A stretch of 20,000 nt of DNA, from IMG/VR virus record IMGVR_UViG_3300025470_000020; one strand, written 5' to 3'. Below, in pieces: positions 8,294 to 17,257 of this stretch. Position 1 is the stretch's first letter; every line of letters starts with the position of its first letter. The stretch comes from an uncultured virus (IMG/VR IMGVR_UViG_3300025470_000020). Lineage: Duplodnaviria > Heunggongvirae > Uroviricota > Caudoviricetes. Made by a program: the position numbers and the translations under genes. The notes beneath the pieces are model-generated. The model ran no database searches. It saw only the letters and a program-made list of their open reading frames with translations, and was not told the DNA's origin.

Positions 8294-9544
8294 TTATTTT
8301 GCTATTACAAATTTACTGGATTCTTCTGTTCTAGATGTGACATATTGGTACATCAATCGAACAAATTTGTCACTTCTATTTTTATCTTTATCTAAAAAAC
8401 TAACTATCTCTGGTATAAGAACATTGGTTACAATTAAAGCACTATATTCTTCTCTAATATTATCGTATGCTTCTTTTAACTTTTTGTTTGATTTGCCAGG
8501 ATTTTCTCCCATATCTTTAACTTTTTTGTTAAATTCTTTTTTAACTTTTTCAAGCGTTGAATAAAATTTACTAGCAAATTGCTCATCTATTAAAGCAAAT
8601 AGTGAATAAAATACATCGGATGAACTTACTGAGCCTCCTCTCGCTTCTCCACCAGATACCACAAATTCAGCTTTGAAAGCATTTGATGATGGATCATGCC
8701 TCATAATAATAGTTTTTTTCTTATCAGTTTTATCTAGATAGATACTCAAATATCTAGGTTGAGGTGATTTTGGTGTATACTTTTTAAAGTTATTTGTTCC
8801 ATTAAATGAGAATTTTTTAATTTCATCTAACTCTTGTTTTCTATCAAAATTAACTTTTTGTAATACAACTTGTTTAGTTTGTTTTTTTAGTGATAATGGA
8901 AGTAATTGCCCACCATCAATCAAATCACTAATCAATACATTTAAATCAGCAAAACTATATCCTTTTTTATCTTTACCAGAATTATTTTTTACAGCCTCTT
9001 CAATATTATCTCTTGCTAAATCTGAAGCAAAGTAAATATCAGCAGGTGACCATTTGTTAAGGTTTGCAAAGACAGCGCCTTTTTTAGCACCTTTTGTTTT
9101 ATTAAATTCTTTTTGTGTTTCATTAGCTTTCTTAAAAAGCTCTTCAATATTTTTCATTACTGGTTTATCACCACGAACAAACCATATTTCTGCTGCTTTA
9201 GGTTTTTTTATACCTTTAAAATTTGTAATAACTTTATCAATATCTTCTATAAGTTTTTTTGCTATGAGAACAGAAGAAATAAACCAATCAGGATTTTCTT
9301 TTAAAAACTTAACTATATCTTTATATGATATAGCAGGTGATTCTACATGCGAGTGAAAAATAGATTCTATTGATTTAGTTTTGTATAAACTGTCCCAATA
9401 TTTAGCAAACACCTCATATGACTTATATAAATCAATATTAAATAAATCAGATACACCTTTTTTACCGCTAGTCAATAAGACATAATCTGCCAAAGCACAA
9501 AAGAGTGCTTGAGATGATTCCGATAGTGTGGTTTTATCTGCCAT
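8294..9544 (-). CDS. Lys-rich protein, putative PD-(D/E)xK-fold endonuclease
   Basis: N-terminal T.L.ES.QA helix, NKWSPADIYF and LLPLSLKKQ form an E...AD...SLK arrangement typical of restriction-endonuclease-like folds. Very AT-rich and basic. Confidence 0.5.
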   Translation of the reverse strand: MADKTTLSESSQALFCALADYVLLTSGKKGVSDLFNIDLYKSYEVFAKYWDSLYKTKSIESIFHSHVESPAISYKDIVKFLKENPDWFISSVLIAKKLIEDIDKVITNFKGIKKPKAAEIWFVRGDKPVMKNIEELFKKANETQKEFNKTKGAKKGAVFANLNKWSPADIYFASDLARDNIEEAVKNNSGKDKKGYSFADLNVLISDLIDGGQLLPLSLKKQTKQVVLQKVNFDRKQELDEIKKFSFNGTNNFKKYTPKSPQPRYLSIYLDKTDKKKTIIMRHDPSSNAFKAEFVVSGGEARGGSVSSSDVFYSLFALIDEQFASKFYSTLEKVKKEFNKKVKDMGENPGKSNKKLKEAYDNIREEYSALIVTNVLIPEIVSFLDKDKNRSDKFVRLMYQYVTSRTEESSKFVIAK

Positions 9545-9550
9545 AAGCCT

Positions 9551-9558
9551 TATTTATC
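9551..9558 (-). promoter_or_regulatory. Possible variant T4-type late promoter (GATAAATA)
   Basis: Minus strand reads taGATAAATAaggcttATG, a 7/8 match to TATAAATA ending 6 nt before the ATG at 9544. It overlaps the upstream stop codon and could be chance in AT-rich DNA. Confidence 0.3.
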
Positions 9559-10666
9559 TAATAATTTGTATGTCTTTACCAGATGTCCAAACTTCGAGTT
9601 CTGTTCTTAATCGACCTTCCGCTTTCAATGTATCATAACGATTAGATGCCTTATTCTTCCACCAAGCAATAATATTGTTTAATTCATGCTTTTCGTAGTT
9701 TTCACCAGGTATTAATGTATCTGCTTTGCCATTGACAAAATCAACCATATTCTTAAAACCATAGTCTGAAACAAAATATCTTTTCTTTTCTGTTAGACTT
9801 TTAGCATTCTCAATCGTCTTCAAGAATGTATCACCTTCTGGTGTTCCTTTTAATGCAGCTTTAGTCATAGCAATAATCTTGGTAAATGTTCTTAACTTTC
9901 TACTAGTAGATGATTCTTCACCTTCTAATATGTCACCAACTTTGCTTTCAACAAAAGTCTTTAAGTCATTATATCTTTCACCGTGCATCATTGGTACAAC
10001 ATCCGAATCAGTTAAACCTTTAAATCGAATGAATGGTTTCATACCGTCATATTGAGATACCGCTTTACTACTACCATAAAGACTGGTAGTTTCAAATAGA
10101 CACAGATTCATACCATATTTTTTATTACATATCTCTCTAACGGTATGTGATGTGCAAATGGCAGCTAGTAATTTACCACCTAGATAATTGAAACCAAATG
10201 GTTGAGATGGAACAATCACAAAACCCATAATACTGCTGTCATTAAAGAGTTTAGCACCCTCCGTTGTTTGCGAGAACACTTGTCCTAGCATTTCATTTCT
10301 TGGTCTCATATAAATGACTGGAGAACCTAAACGAATGAATCCTAGTATCTTTCCTGTGTTTTTCTCTCTAACTGCCAATTGTATATTTCTGCCAACTGGT
10401 GCTTTATTAACATGAGATGATGTTATTGCCAAAAGTGTTTCCCATGTTTCATTTGGTAATTCACAAACTTCGATATCCATATCATTTGGATGCATAGAAA
10501 AGTCTGAAAACAAATCATCTTCTGGCGGAAATAAAGATGATGGAATACTTTCTACATGCTTTAGTTTTTCATCTCTCATGTATTGTTCTATATTCTCAAA
10601 ATTATCGAAGTAATCTTGGAACACTTTAGAACAATGTAAAGCATCTTCTCTATGTAAACTTATCAT
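9554..10666 (-). CDS. DUF4338 / Druantia DruA-like protein
   Basis: PVGRNI...V.EK.TGKILGFI.LGSP....PRN, VP.QPFG.NYLGGKLLA and ETTSLYG...SQYDG resemble DUF4338/DruA motifs (PPYN.LLGGKLVA; TTSLYG.SSQYN). ATGA overlap with the gp41 stop. Confidence 0.7.
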   Translation of the reverse strand: MISLHREDALHCSKVFQDYFDNFENIEQYMRDEKLKHVESIPSSLFPPEDDLFSDFSMHPNDMDIEVCELPNETWETLLAITSSHVNKAPVGRNIQLAVREKNTGKILGFIRLGSPVIYMRPRNEMLGQVFSQTTEGAKLFNDSSIMGFVIVPSQPFGFNYLGGKLLAAICTSHTVREICNKKYGMNLCLFETTSLYGSSKAVSQYDGMKPFIRFKGLTDSDVVPMMHGERYNDLKTFVESKVGDILEGEESSTSRKLRTFTKIIAMTKAALKGTPEGDTFLKTIENAKSLTEKKRYFVSDYGFKNMVDFVNGKADTLIPGENYEKHELNNIIAWWKNKASNRYDTLKAEGRLRTELEVWTSGKDIQIIR

Positions 10667-12030
10667 ACTTTAAAGCCTTCAAATTTCTTCGTTTGTGGTT
10701 TTTGATGACCATGACCAGCATCAGCAAGACCTGTTTGAGCAGATTGTTCAATATCATAGAGTTTCATTTTAGCACGGTCAATACCAACTGTAAATCTCTT
10801 ATAATGTGTTGGATCAGCATATCGATTTTTTAATTGTTTAACCATAATTTGGCCAAGTTCATCAAGTTCTTCTGAAGCAATCAAAGCAAACATCAAATCG
10901 GCAGTTGCTGGTAAACCAAATGATTCGGAAGTATCTTCAAGGCCTGGATCGGAACTTGTATAACCACTTCTTGTCGTTTGAGTTGCTGAAACAATCGGCA
11001 CATTAGTTTCTACGGCAAGACCACGTAATTCTTCAGCAATGGCTTTAACATATGTGTAAGAGTTGATTGAGGCGCCAGGTTTGATTCTAGCGGAACAACA
11101 AATATTAAGATAATCAATAAAGATAATATCAGGAATAAAATTCCTTTTAAGATTGAGTTCATTTAATAATGTCCTGAAATGAATAGCAGATGCTGAAGCG
11201 GTCGGATATTCTTTAATGATAAGTTTGCCTGTAGTCATATCTCTGACTTTGGATACTTTCTTATCATAGATGTCTTTAGGTAATTCTTTCAAATCATCTA
11301 GTGTTACGTTGAGAAGATTAGCATCAATTCGTTCAGCAATCTTTTCTTCCGCCATTTCTAAAGTGATATAAAGAACATTCTTACCTTGAACCATGCAAGA
11401 AGCAGCAACATGGCACATAAACAAGCTCTTACCGACTCCTGTTCCAGCCAAAGCAATATTGAGTGTCTTTGACGGTAGACCGCCATTCGTAATTTTGTTA
11501 AAGTATTCCAAATCAAATGGAATTCTTTCTTCTTTTCTATGATAGAATTCAAATCGTTCATCGGAGTTCTCCAAATAATCATGACCAACATTTCTGTCGA
11601 AAGATACTGATAGTGCATCAGCAAGAATTTGAGGTATTGCGCCTTTATCGTGAGTTTTATCTTTGCCGTCAAGAATAGTAATTGAATTTAGAACGGCATT
11701 ATAGACGGCTTTCTCTTGACAAAACTTTTCAGTCTTATCAATTAGCCATTGTATCTCCGTTTTATCTTGGCTATCTTTGCGAATCTCGCTGAGAAGATTT
11801 TCAGATTTCTCAACTTCTTCAGCTGTGAGTGCTGATTTCTCCTTAACAGCGATTGAAAGCGCCTCGATAGTCGGTGCGGCATTATACGAGGTAGTAAATT
11901 TTTCCGTTTCTTCAAAAAGAATCTTTTCTGATTTGTCAGCAAAATATTCCGCCTTTAGAAATGGTAATACTTTTCGTAAGTAGTCTTCATTGTAAATCAG
12001 ATTCTTTAATATCGTTTGTTCCAGTTTCAT
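10663..12030 (-). CDS. 41: T4-like replicative DNA helicase gp41 (DnaB/SF4)
   Basis: Walker A ALAGTGVGKS, LYITLEMAEEKIAERIDAN, IIKEYPT, IFIDYLNIC, IAEELRGLAVE, SATQTTR, SESFGLPATAD and KQLKNRY. Confidence 0.97.
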   Translation of the reverse strand: MKLEQTILKNLIYNEDYLRKVLPFLKAEYFADKSEKILFEETEKFTTSYNAAPTIEALSIAVKEKSALTAEEVEKSENLLSEIRKDSQDKTEIQWLIDKTEKFCQEKAVYNAVLNSITILDGKDKTHDKGAIPQILADALSVSFDRNVGHDYLENSDERFEFYHRKEERIPFDLEYFNKITNGGLPSKTLNIALAGTGVGKSLFMCHVAASCMVQGKNVLYITLEMAEEKIAERIDANLLNVTLDDLKELPKDIYDKKVSKVRDMTTGKLIIKEYPTASASAIHFRTLLNELNLKRNFIPDIIFIDYLNICCSARIKPGASINSYTYVKAIAEELRGLAVETNVPIVSATQTTRSGYTSSDPGLEDTSESFGLPATADLMFALIASEELDELGQIMVKQLKNRYADPTHYKRFTVGIDRAKMKLYDIEQSAQTGLADAGHGHQKPQTKKFEGFKV

Positions 12031-12310
12031 CAGTTATATCCTGCTCAATGTTTGATGACATGATTTCAACAAGCAAATCACCAATATAGTTTTTAAATGT
12101 TTCATCTTTTTCTAACTTCCTAGGTTTATCTACCTTGGATTCTAACACATCGTAGCCAAAAAGTAAATACATTTGCTCATTCTTTTCCTCAAATTTAACC
12201 TTACCATATTTGAATAAGGTATCTTTATAAGGACCGTCTAGAAACTTTATATGTACCGACTTTTCATCTTCTTTTGGGTAGATGAAGCAGTAATCAACGC
12301 CTTCAATCAT
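11987..12310 (-). CDS. Small conserved protein in the gp40 (head assembly chaperone) position
   Basis: Start revised to ATG 12310 (alternative 12313), downstream of GGAG. About 107 aa and located between uvsX and 41, the position of gene 40 in T4. Homology is inferred from synteny only. Confidence 0.55.
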   Translation of the reverse strand: MIEGVDYCFIYPKEDEKSVHIKFLDGPYKDTLFKYGKVKFEEKNEQMYLLFGYDVLESKVDKPRKLEKDETFKNYIGDLLVEIMSSNIEQDITDETGTNDIKESDLQ

Positions 12311-13385
12311 CATCTGCTCCGTTAGTTGTTTTAATTTCAGCAAAAAGATTTTCATGACCACCTTGCATAATTTCTGCTGATGCCACTCTATATTTGTTTT
12401 CAACAAATTCACGGAACTTCTTATTTGTTAAAATTGGCATCCAAAATTCTTTAGTGTCAGTTTCTTTTATACGGTATTTCTTCTCTTCCACAACACCGGT
12501 TTCCGTATCAACCTGCGAATACCAACCATTTGAAGGTTTAACAACGAAGTTGCCTTCAAGCGCAAGGTCAAGTAAACCTGACCAACGGCTAACGCCACCT
12601 TCAAACGAAACGGTAACAGGTATCTTACTTTTTTCTTTAACATATCTTGATTTCTCCACATTAATAATAAAGTTATAACCAATCACTTCCGTGCCTTCTT
12701 TTTCTTGCTGACGACCTAGAATAAAGATATTATCAGCAGAATAATATGAACCTGTTCCACCACCAACGATATCTTTAGGGAACATACCAATTTCTTTATA
12801 TGTGTGATTGACAACAATCATTGGAATATTTTTAAGATTTAAATGTGGTGTAACCATTCTGAATAATGATTTAACTTGTTTTGCTCTTGACATATCAGCA
12901 ACAGATTTTTGTTCTAGTGCATCTTCAACTTCTTTCTTTGAAGCAAGATTACCAATAGAATCAATAACAATAATTAATCTATCATCTCTTTCAAGATTAG
13001 ATAATTGTTGCATAATGTCAAATTTTAATTCCTCAATATCTGTAAGAGGAGTATGAAGCACACGATTTGGATCAATGCCGAAGGACTCGAAATAAGATTG
13101 TGGGGAACCGAACTCTGAATCATAGAATAATAAGGCAGCATCAGGATATTTGTCCAAGTAAGATTTAGCCATCAAAAGTGAAAATGCGGTCTTAAAGTGT
13201 TTTGATGGGCCTGCCCACATTGTAAGACCTGGTGTTAAACCGCCATCTAATTTACCAGATAGTGCCACATTGATAATCGGCACCGAAGTTGGTATCATAT
13301 CTTTGTCTGTAAAAAATTTAGACTTTGATAAAATGGCGGCTTCTTTGATACTACTATTTTTCTTAATCTTGTCAAGAATACTCAT
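12303..13385 (-). CDS. uvsX: UvsX RecA-like recombinase
   Basis: INVALSG, Walker A AGPSKHFKT, FYDSEFG, VIDSIGNLASKKEVEDAL, DMSRAK..KSLFR, VNHTY and GGGTG. RBS-like GAAAGG upstream. Confidence 0.97.
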   Translation of the reverse strand: MSILDKIKKNSSIKEAAILSKSKFFTDKDMIPTSVPIINVALSGKLDGGLTPGLTMWAGPSKHFKTAFSLLMAKSYLDKYPDAALLFYDSEFGSPQSYFESFGIDPNRVLHTPLTDIEELKFDIMQQLSNLERDDRLIIVIDSIGNLASKKEVEDALEQKSVADMSRAKQVKSLFRMVTPHLNLKNIPMIVVNHTYKEIGMFPKDIVGGGTGSYYSADNIFILGRQQEKEGTEVIGYNFIINVEKSRYVKEKSKIPVTVSFEGGVSRWSGLLDLALEGNFVVKPSNGWYSQVDTETGVVEEKKYRIKETDTKEFWMPILTNKKFREFVENKYRVASAEIMQGGHENLFAEIKTTNGADDD

Positions 13386-13408
13386 AATCTACCTTTCAAA
13401 TTTAATTA

Positions 13409-13741
13409 TTATCTACATCCTACGAATTGTTGTGTTGTATAACTTCTTCCGTAAGCATCATATTGTATTACTGTATTATATATCGCTTGGTATGGATATG
13501 GACACGCTACAGATGGTGTAGATGGTGCTATAACTACCGGAGGTGCATAATATCTTGGTTGTGCTAATTCATAACCAATTACTCCACCAATTAATGCTGG
13601 TCCAACCCAACCCATACCGCCATTATGATAACCTCCATGATAACCACCATGATATCCGCCATAACCACCACGGAAACCACCGTGTTCATGTGCCATTGCT
13701 GTGCTTGACACTAATAATAAACCAATCAACAACTTCTTCAT
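13409..13741 (-). CDS. Secreted/membrane Gly-His-Tyr-rich, Pro-rich small protein
   Basis: Start revised to ATG 13741 with a strong AGGAG RBS. Signal peptide MKKLLIGLLLVSSTAMA, GGYH repeats, glycine-zipper-like GWVGPALIGGVIGYELA, YYAPPVV, and two Cys. Confidence 0.8.
   Translation of the reverse strand: MKKLLIGLLLVSSTAMAHEHGGFRGGYGGYHGGYHGGYHNGGMGWVGPALIGGVIGYELAQPRYYAPPVVIAPSTPSVACPYPYQAIYNTVIQYDAYGRSYTTQQFVGCR
13625..13669. repeat. Coding tandem repeat, 3 x 12 bp plus a 9 bp partial unit
   Basis: atgataacctcc / atgataaccacc / atgatatccgcc / ataaccacc, encoding GGY-GGYH-GGYH-GGYH on the minus strand. Confidence 0.85.
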
Positions 13742-13742
13742 T

Positions 13743-14729
13743 TTACTTCTCCTTTTTTTCCTTAAAAGCCAATTCAACTTTCTCATCATATGTTTGAATT
13801 GGAACTGATTGCTCTTCAAATCTTCCGTGGCCATTATGAACCATTCTTGTTTCGTATAATGGCGGAATAGTTTCACCTGAAGCACCATCTATTACAATAG
13901 ACGGCTCAGGTGTATCTATTTTTGCTACATTCTTTTTTTCAACTTCAATTGTATCGTTTTGTTTCTCTACTTCCGGTTCTTTTACTTGTTCTTTAGGTTC
14001 ATCATGCCATGGGTCTTCACTTACCGGTTGCCAAACTTGTTTCCAACCTTCTGGCTTTTCTTCTTCTTTCTTTGCCGCTATTCCCATATTAGCAGCTACC
14101 AATAATAACACAGCTAAGGGGTCAAATACAACCATTATTATCATGATTACCAAGCGGACAGCCTTATCTACACCATTTATATCATCTGTACCGTAAATTA
14201 ATTCGGAAACATATTTGATTGGACCAATATCGGCAAGTTGTTTATTCTCTTGACTTAATAATGGCAATCTTTGTTTATTGATTGATGATAATTCTTTTTG
14301 TGTTTCTTGAATTTGTCTATCAAGTTTATTACTTGCTGTTGATGGGTCTTTAGCACGAGCAAGAAGATAGTCTAATCTATCATGTGTAATCTTTTCTTGT
14401 TGGTTTAATGTTCTTAATTCAACAGTATTTTCACCAGTTGAAATTGTAGAATCAATATGTGCTTTTGCTAAGAAACCAAAAATACCCATTGATGTGATTA
14501 GCATTAGAATTAAAACAGCAATAGTTAAATATGTTCTTAATAATACTGGTGCTGTTTTCCAATTACGATATAACCATGAAGCGGTTACTAATTTAGCAAA
14601 TTCTAAAACTGAACCCATGAATACGATTGGCCAAAAAGCACCAACGAATATCTTTGCTAAACCTATGACTGAATAATAAGCTGCTATACTTGATAATAAG
14701 AATGCAGCTAAAAATGTGAAAAATATCAT
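13743..14729 (-). CDS. Multi-pass membrane protein with coiled coil and acidic tail
   Basis: Three N-terminal hydrophobic segments (AAYYSVIGL, LEFAKLV.ASWL, LMLITSMGIFGFL), a heptad-rich region, GPIKYVSE, a fourth TM segment (VFDPLAVLLLVAA), then a low-complexity E/K/P tail. Confidence 0.8.
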   Translation of the reverse strand: MIFFTFLAAFLLSSIAAYYSVIGLAKIFVGAFWPIVFMGSVLEFAKLVTASWLYRNWKTAPVLLRTYLTIAVLILMLITSMGIFGFLAKAHIDSTISTGENTVELRTLNQQEKITHDRLDYLLARAKDPSTASNKLDRQIQETQKELSSINKQRLPLLSQENKQLADIGPIKYVSELIYGTDDINGVDKAVRLVIMIIMVVFDPLAVLLLVAANMGIAAKKEEEKPEGWKQVWQPVSEDPWHDEPKEQVKEPEVEKQNDTIEVEKKNVAKIDTPEPSIVIDGASGETIPPLYETRMVHNGHGRFEEQSVPIQTYDEKVELAFKEKKEK

Positions 14730-17257
14730 GAGAAGAAATCCTCCAAAGTGTTAATCTTTTCTGTTGTCCAACCCATACAATCAAGAATGATTTTAATTGG
14801 CTCTATGAATGCTTTTTCAAATTGCATATCATAATCAATATAATCATGTAAATTTAATTCTTTAGGTAATCTGCTAGGATAGGATATAACAGTATCCTTA
14901 AAGTGATTAGGCATTTTCAAATAAGCAAACTTTATCTTTTCGCCTTCTTGTATGAGATTGTATTTTTTTGTTAGTTTATTTTGTTTAATAAAGTTATTAT
15001 ATAAGATTGCTCCCTTTACATGAATCGGTGTTCCTGATTTATATAAAGTCACAGCATCAGAGTATTTATTTAAACCATTGATGCCACGAGGAAAAGAAAT
15101 CTCTTCTGGTGGTAACTTTTTGAAATCTTCTTTAAACTTTTTAATAAACTCATGTATATCGTTTTCAGAGCCAATCATCATAAGTTTAATTGCTTCTGCC
15201 ATCTTTGTTCTAATGGCAGATGGTGTTGATGACTTAATCATCTCAAGACCCATGACTTTCATCTTTGGTTCTTTATAAGCAACACCTTCGTTATTAAACA
15301 CATTGAGAATGTATCGTTTCTTAGCAGTCCAAATACCTTTGTTAGCCAACGCTTCTCGTTTCATTTGCATCTTTTGGGAATATGCCTTGAGATAATCTGC
15401 TAGTTCGCCATAAGACTTATCAATGTATGGCTGAATCTTATCTTCACAGATTTTATCCATGAATTGAATAGTTTGTTCAATCGACTTATCTTTACAGAAT
15501 TTATCAACGATAGGACCAAGTTTAAGATAAATTGAATCTGTATCTGAAGCAATAACATAATCTGTTTCAGTTTGTAATAACTTGTTCATATAGTCATTGA
15601 GTTTGTTTTCAATCCAACGAATTGCTAATTGACCAGATGTTGTTACTCCCAAAGCCATGCGTAAATCGTAGAATCTAAAATACTGACTACCAAGAGCACC
15701 GTAAGCACTATTAAGAGAAACTTTCTTAGCAAGTTGAAGATTATCGTATCTTGCAATTCGTTTTTCAATTTCATACTTTTTCGTGTCATCTGTTTCGTCT
15801 TCATAATCTTGTTTCGCCTTTAACATTAATTTTTTAAATTTCTTTCTATCTTCATACATTTCTTCCATCATCTTTGGTAAGAAACCCATCATATCAGTTC
15901 TAAAGAATTGACCATTTGGAGTAAGTGTTGCGTTTTGGAGTTTTGATGTATCAATCTTTTTATATAATAACTTATCAACATTAACACCTTGAGATAACAC
16001 TTCTCTCATCTCATCTGTATAATCTTCTGGATCAATAAGTGTTTCAGGTGAGATATTGAATTGCATCATGAGGTGGGGGTAGAGTGAATTTAGGTCAAAG
16101 CTGGCGATATAATCATGCTTGCCTACTTGTGGGTCTTTTACATATGCGCCTTCAAATGCTGAATCTTTATCTTTAACAACTTTAGGTGGAACAATGATGT
16201 TCTTTTCAAGCAAATAAGAATATGTTAATGAATCCCACATTCTAGTTTGTGCAAAGATATCATCATAGTTTGATTTTGTATCATATGCCAAAGTTAAACC
16301 AAGTTCAATGAGTTTTAATTTGTCTTCCAATGAAACAATAAGTTCTACGTCTTTGATATTATATTCAATAAACTTTTGATGGTTCATTTTGTATAAATCA
16401 TGTAGAGAATCATATTCATCATATGATATCTTTTCTTCACCAAGTTCAACTGATGCAATAGAATTAAGTTTATAGGATTCTTGTGACTTGCCACCAGGAG
16501 CATACCATCTGTATAGTTCAATGTAGTCTAAAGAAGAAACACCAAGAATATCATAGGCAATCATCTGACGATTGTTCACAACAGTTTTTCTTTCACCAAT
16601 ATAATTCCATGGAGAAAGTTTCTTTGCCTCATCTTCACCAAGTATTCTTCTAAATCGATTGATGATGTATGGTATATCAAAGAATTTTGTATTCCATCCA
16701 GTTACGATATCTGGACATTTTCTTGTCCATAGTTCCATAAATCTTTTACACAATGTATATTCATCACGGCATTTAACATAGATTTCTTTACCTTGAGTTT
16801 CATATGCACCAAGACCAAAGACATACATTTCGCCATTGAGATACTTAACAGCAATAGCAATAATAGGTTCATTTGCTTCGTATGGGTCTGGGAAACCATT
16901 TTCAGAACCAACTTCAATATCGATTACTGCAATTGATATCTTATCTTGGTCCCATTCAACCATACCTTTGTGTTGGTCGGCAATAAACGCATACTCATAT
17001 TTTGTATTACCATATATTTTAGGACCATTTGACACACCATCGAATTGTTTGATATAATCTCTAGCGTCTTTCATGGTACCAAATACTTTTTGGTCGAGGT
17101 AATCACCTTCAAGTGTTGTGAAGTTTGTTATACGTTTGGATGGAACAAAAAGAGATGGAGAATATTCAATTCTCTGTTTTACTCTTTTGCCATCCATAAC
17201 ACCTCGATAGAGAATGTTATTGCCAAAACTTTGAACATTAGTGTAAAAGTTACTCAT
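14726..17257 (-). CDS. 43: T4-like family B DNA polymerase gp43
   Basis: ExoI DIEV, ExoII GWNTKFFDIPY, ExoIII YNIKDV. Polymerase motifs SFDLNSLYP, KVSLNSAYGALG, ASDTDS and KKRY, with C-terminal clamp-binding LEDFF. Uninterrupted. Confidence 0.98.
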   Translation of the reverse strand: MSNFYTNVQSFGNNILYRGVMDGKRVKQRIEYSPSLFVPSKRITNFTTLEGDYLDQKVFGTMKDARDYIKQFDGVSNGPKIYGNTKYEYAFIADQHKGMVEWDQDKISIAVIDIEVGSENGFPDPYEANEPIIAIAVKYLNGEMYVFGLGAYETQGKEIYVKCRDEYTLCKRFMELWTRKCPDIVTGWNTKFFDIPYIINRFRRILGEDEAKKLSPWNYIGERKTVVNNRQMIAYDILGVSSLDYIELYRWYAPGGKSQESYKLNSIASVELGEEKISYDEYDSLHDLYKMNHQKFIEYNIKDVELIVSLEDKLKLIELGLTLAYDTKSNYDDIFAQTRMWDSLTYSYLLEKNIIVPPKVVKDKDSAFEGAYVKDPQVGKHDYIASFDLNSLYPHLMMQFNISPETLIDPEDYTDEMREVLSQGVNVDKLLYKKIDTSKLQNATLTPNGQFFRTDMMGFLPKMMEEMYEDRKKFKKLMLKAKQDYEDETDDTKKYEIEKRIARYDNLQLAKKVSLNSAYGALGSQYFRFYDLRMALGVTTSGQLAIRWIENKLNDYMNKLLQTETDYVIASDTDSIYLKLGPIVDKFCKDKSIEQTIQFMDKICEDKIQPYIDKSYGELADYLKAYSQKMQMKREALANKGIWTAKKRYILNVFNNEGVAYKEPKMKVMGLEMIKSSTPSAIRTKMAEAIKLMMIGSENDIHEFIKKFKEDFKKLPPEEISFPRGINGLNKYSDAVTLYKSGTPIHVKGAILYNNFIKQNKLTKKYNLIQEGEKIKFAYLKMPNHFKDTVISYPSRLPKELNLHDYIDYDMQFEKAFIEPIKIILDCMGWTTEKINTLEDFFS

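Noticed and set aside
13625..13669. Tandem repeat as CRISPR or origin iteron
   Set aside because: The units are 12 bp, in frame, vary at synonymous positions and have no spacers, so the repeat is explained by the GGYH peptide.
11358..16917. Short alternative-frame minus-strand ORFs (11358..11672, 11742..11942, 12467..12682, 14593..14784, 16702..16917)
   Set aside because: They are nested in or overlap gp41, uvsX, gp43 or the membrane protein gene, with no independent evidence of coding.
14726..17257. Intein, intron or split in gp43; ASDTDS in place of YGDTDS
   Set aside because: The 843 aa ORF is continuous with normal motif spacing and no intein signatures. The catalytic DTDS is intact, and the ASDTDS variant is familiar from aquatic T4-like polymerases.
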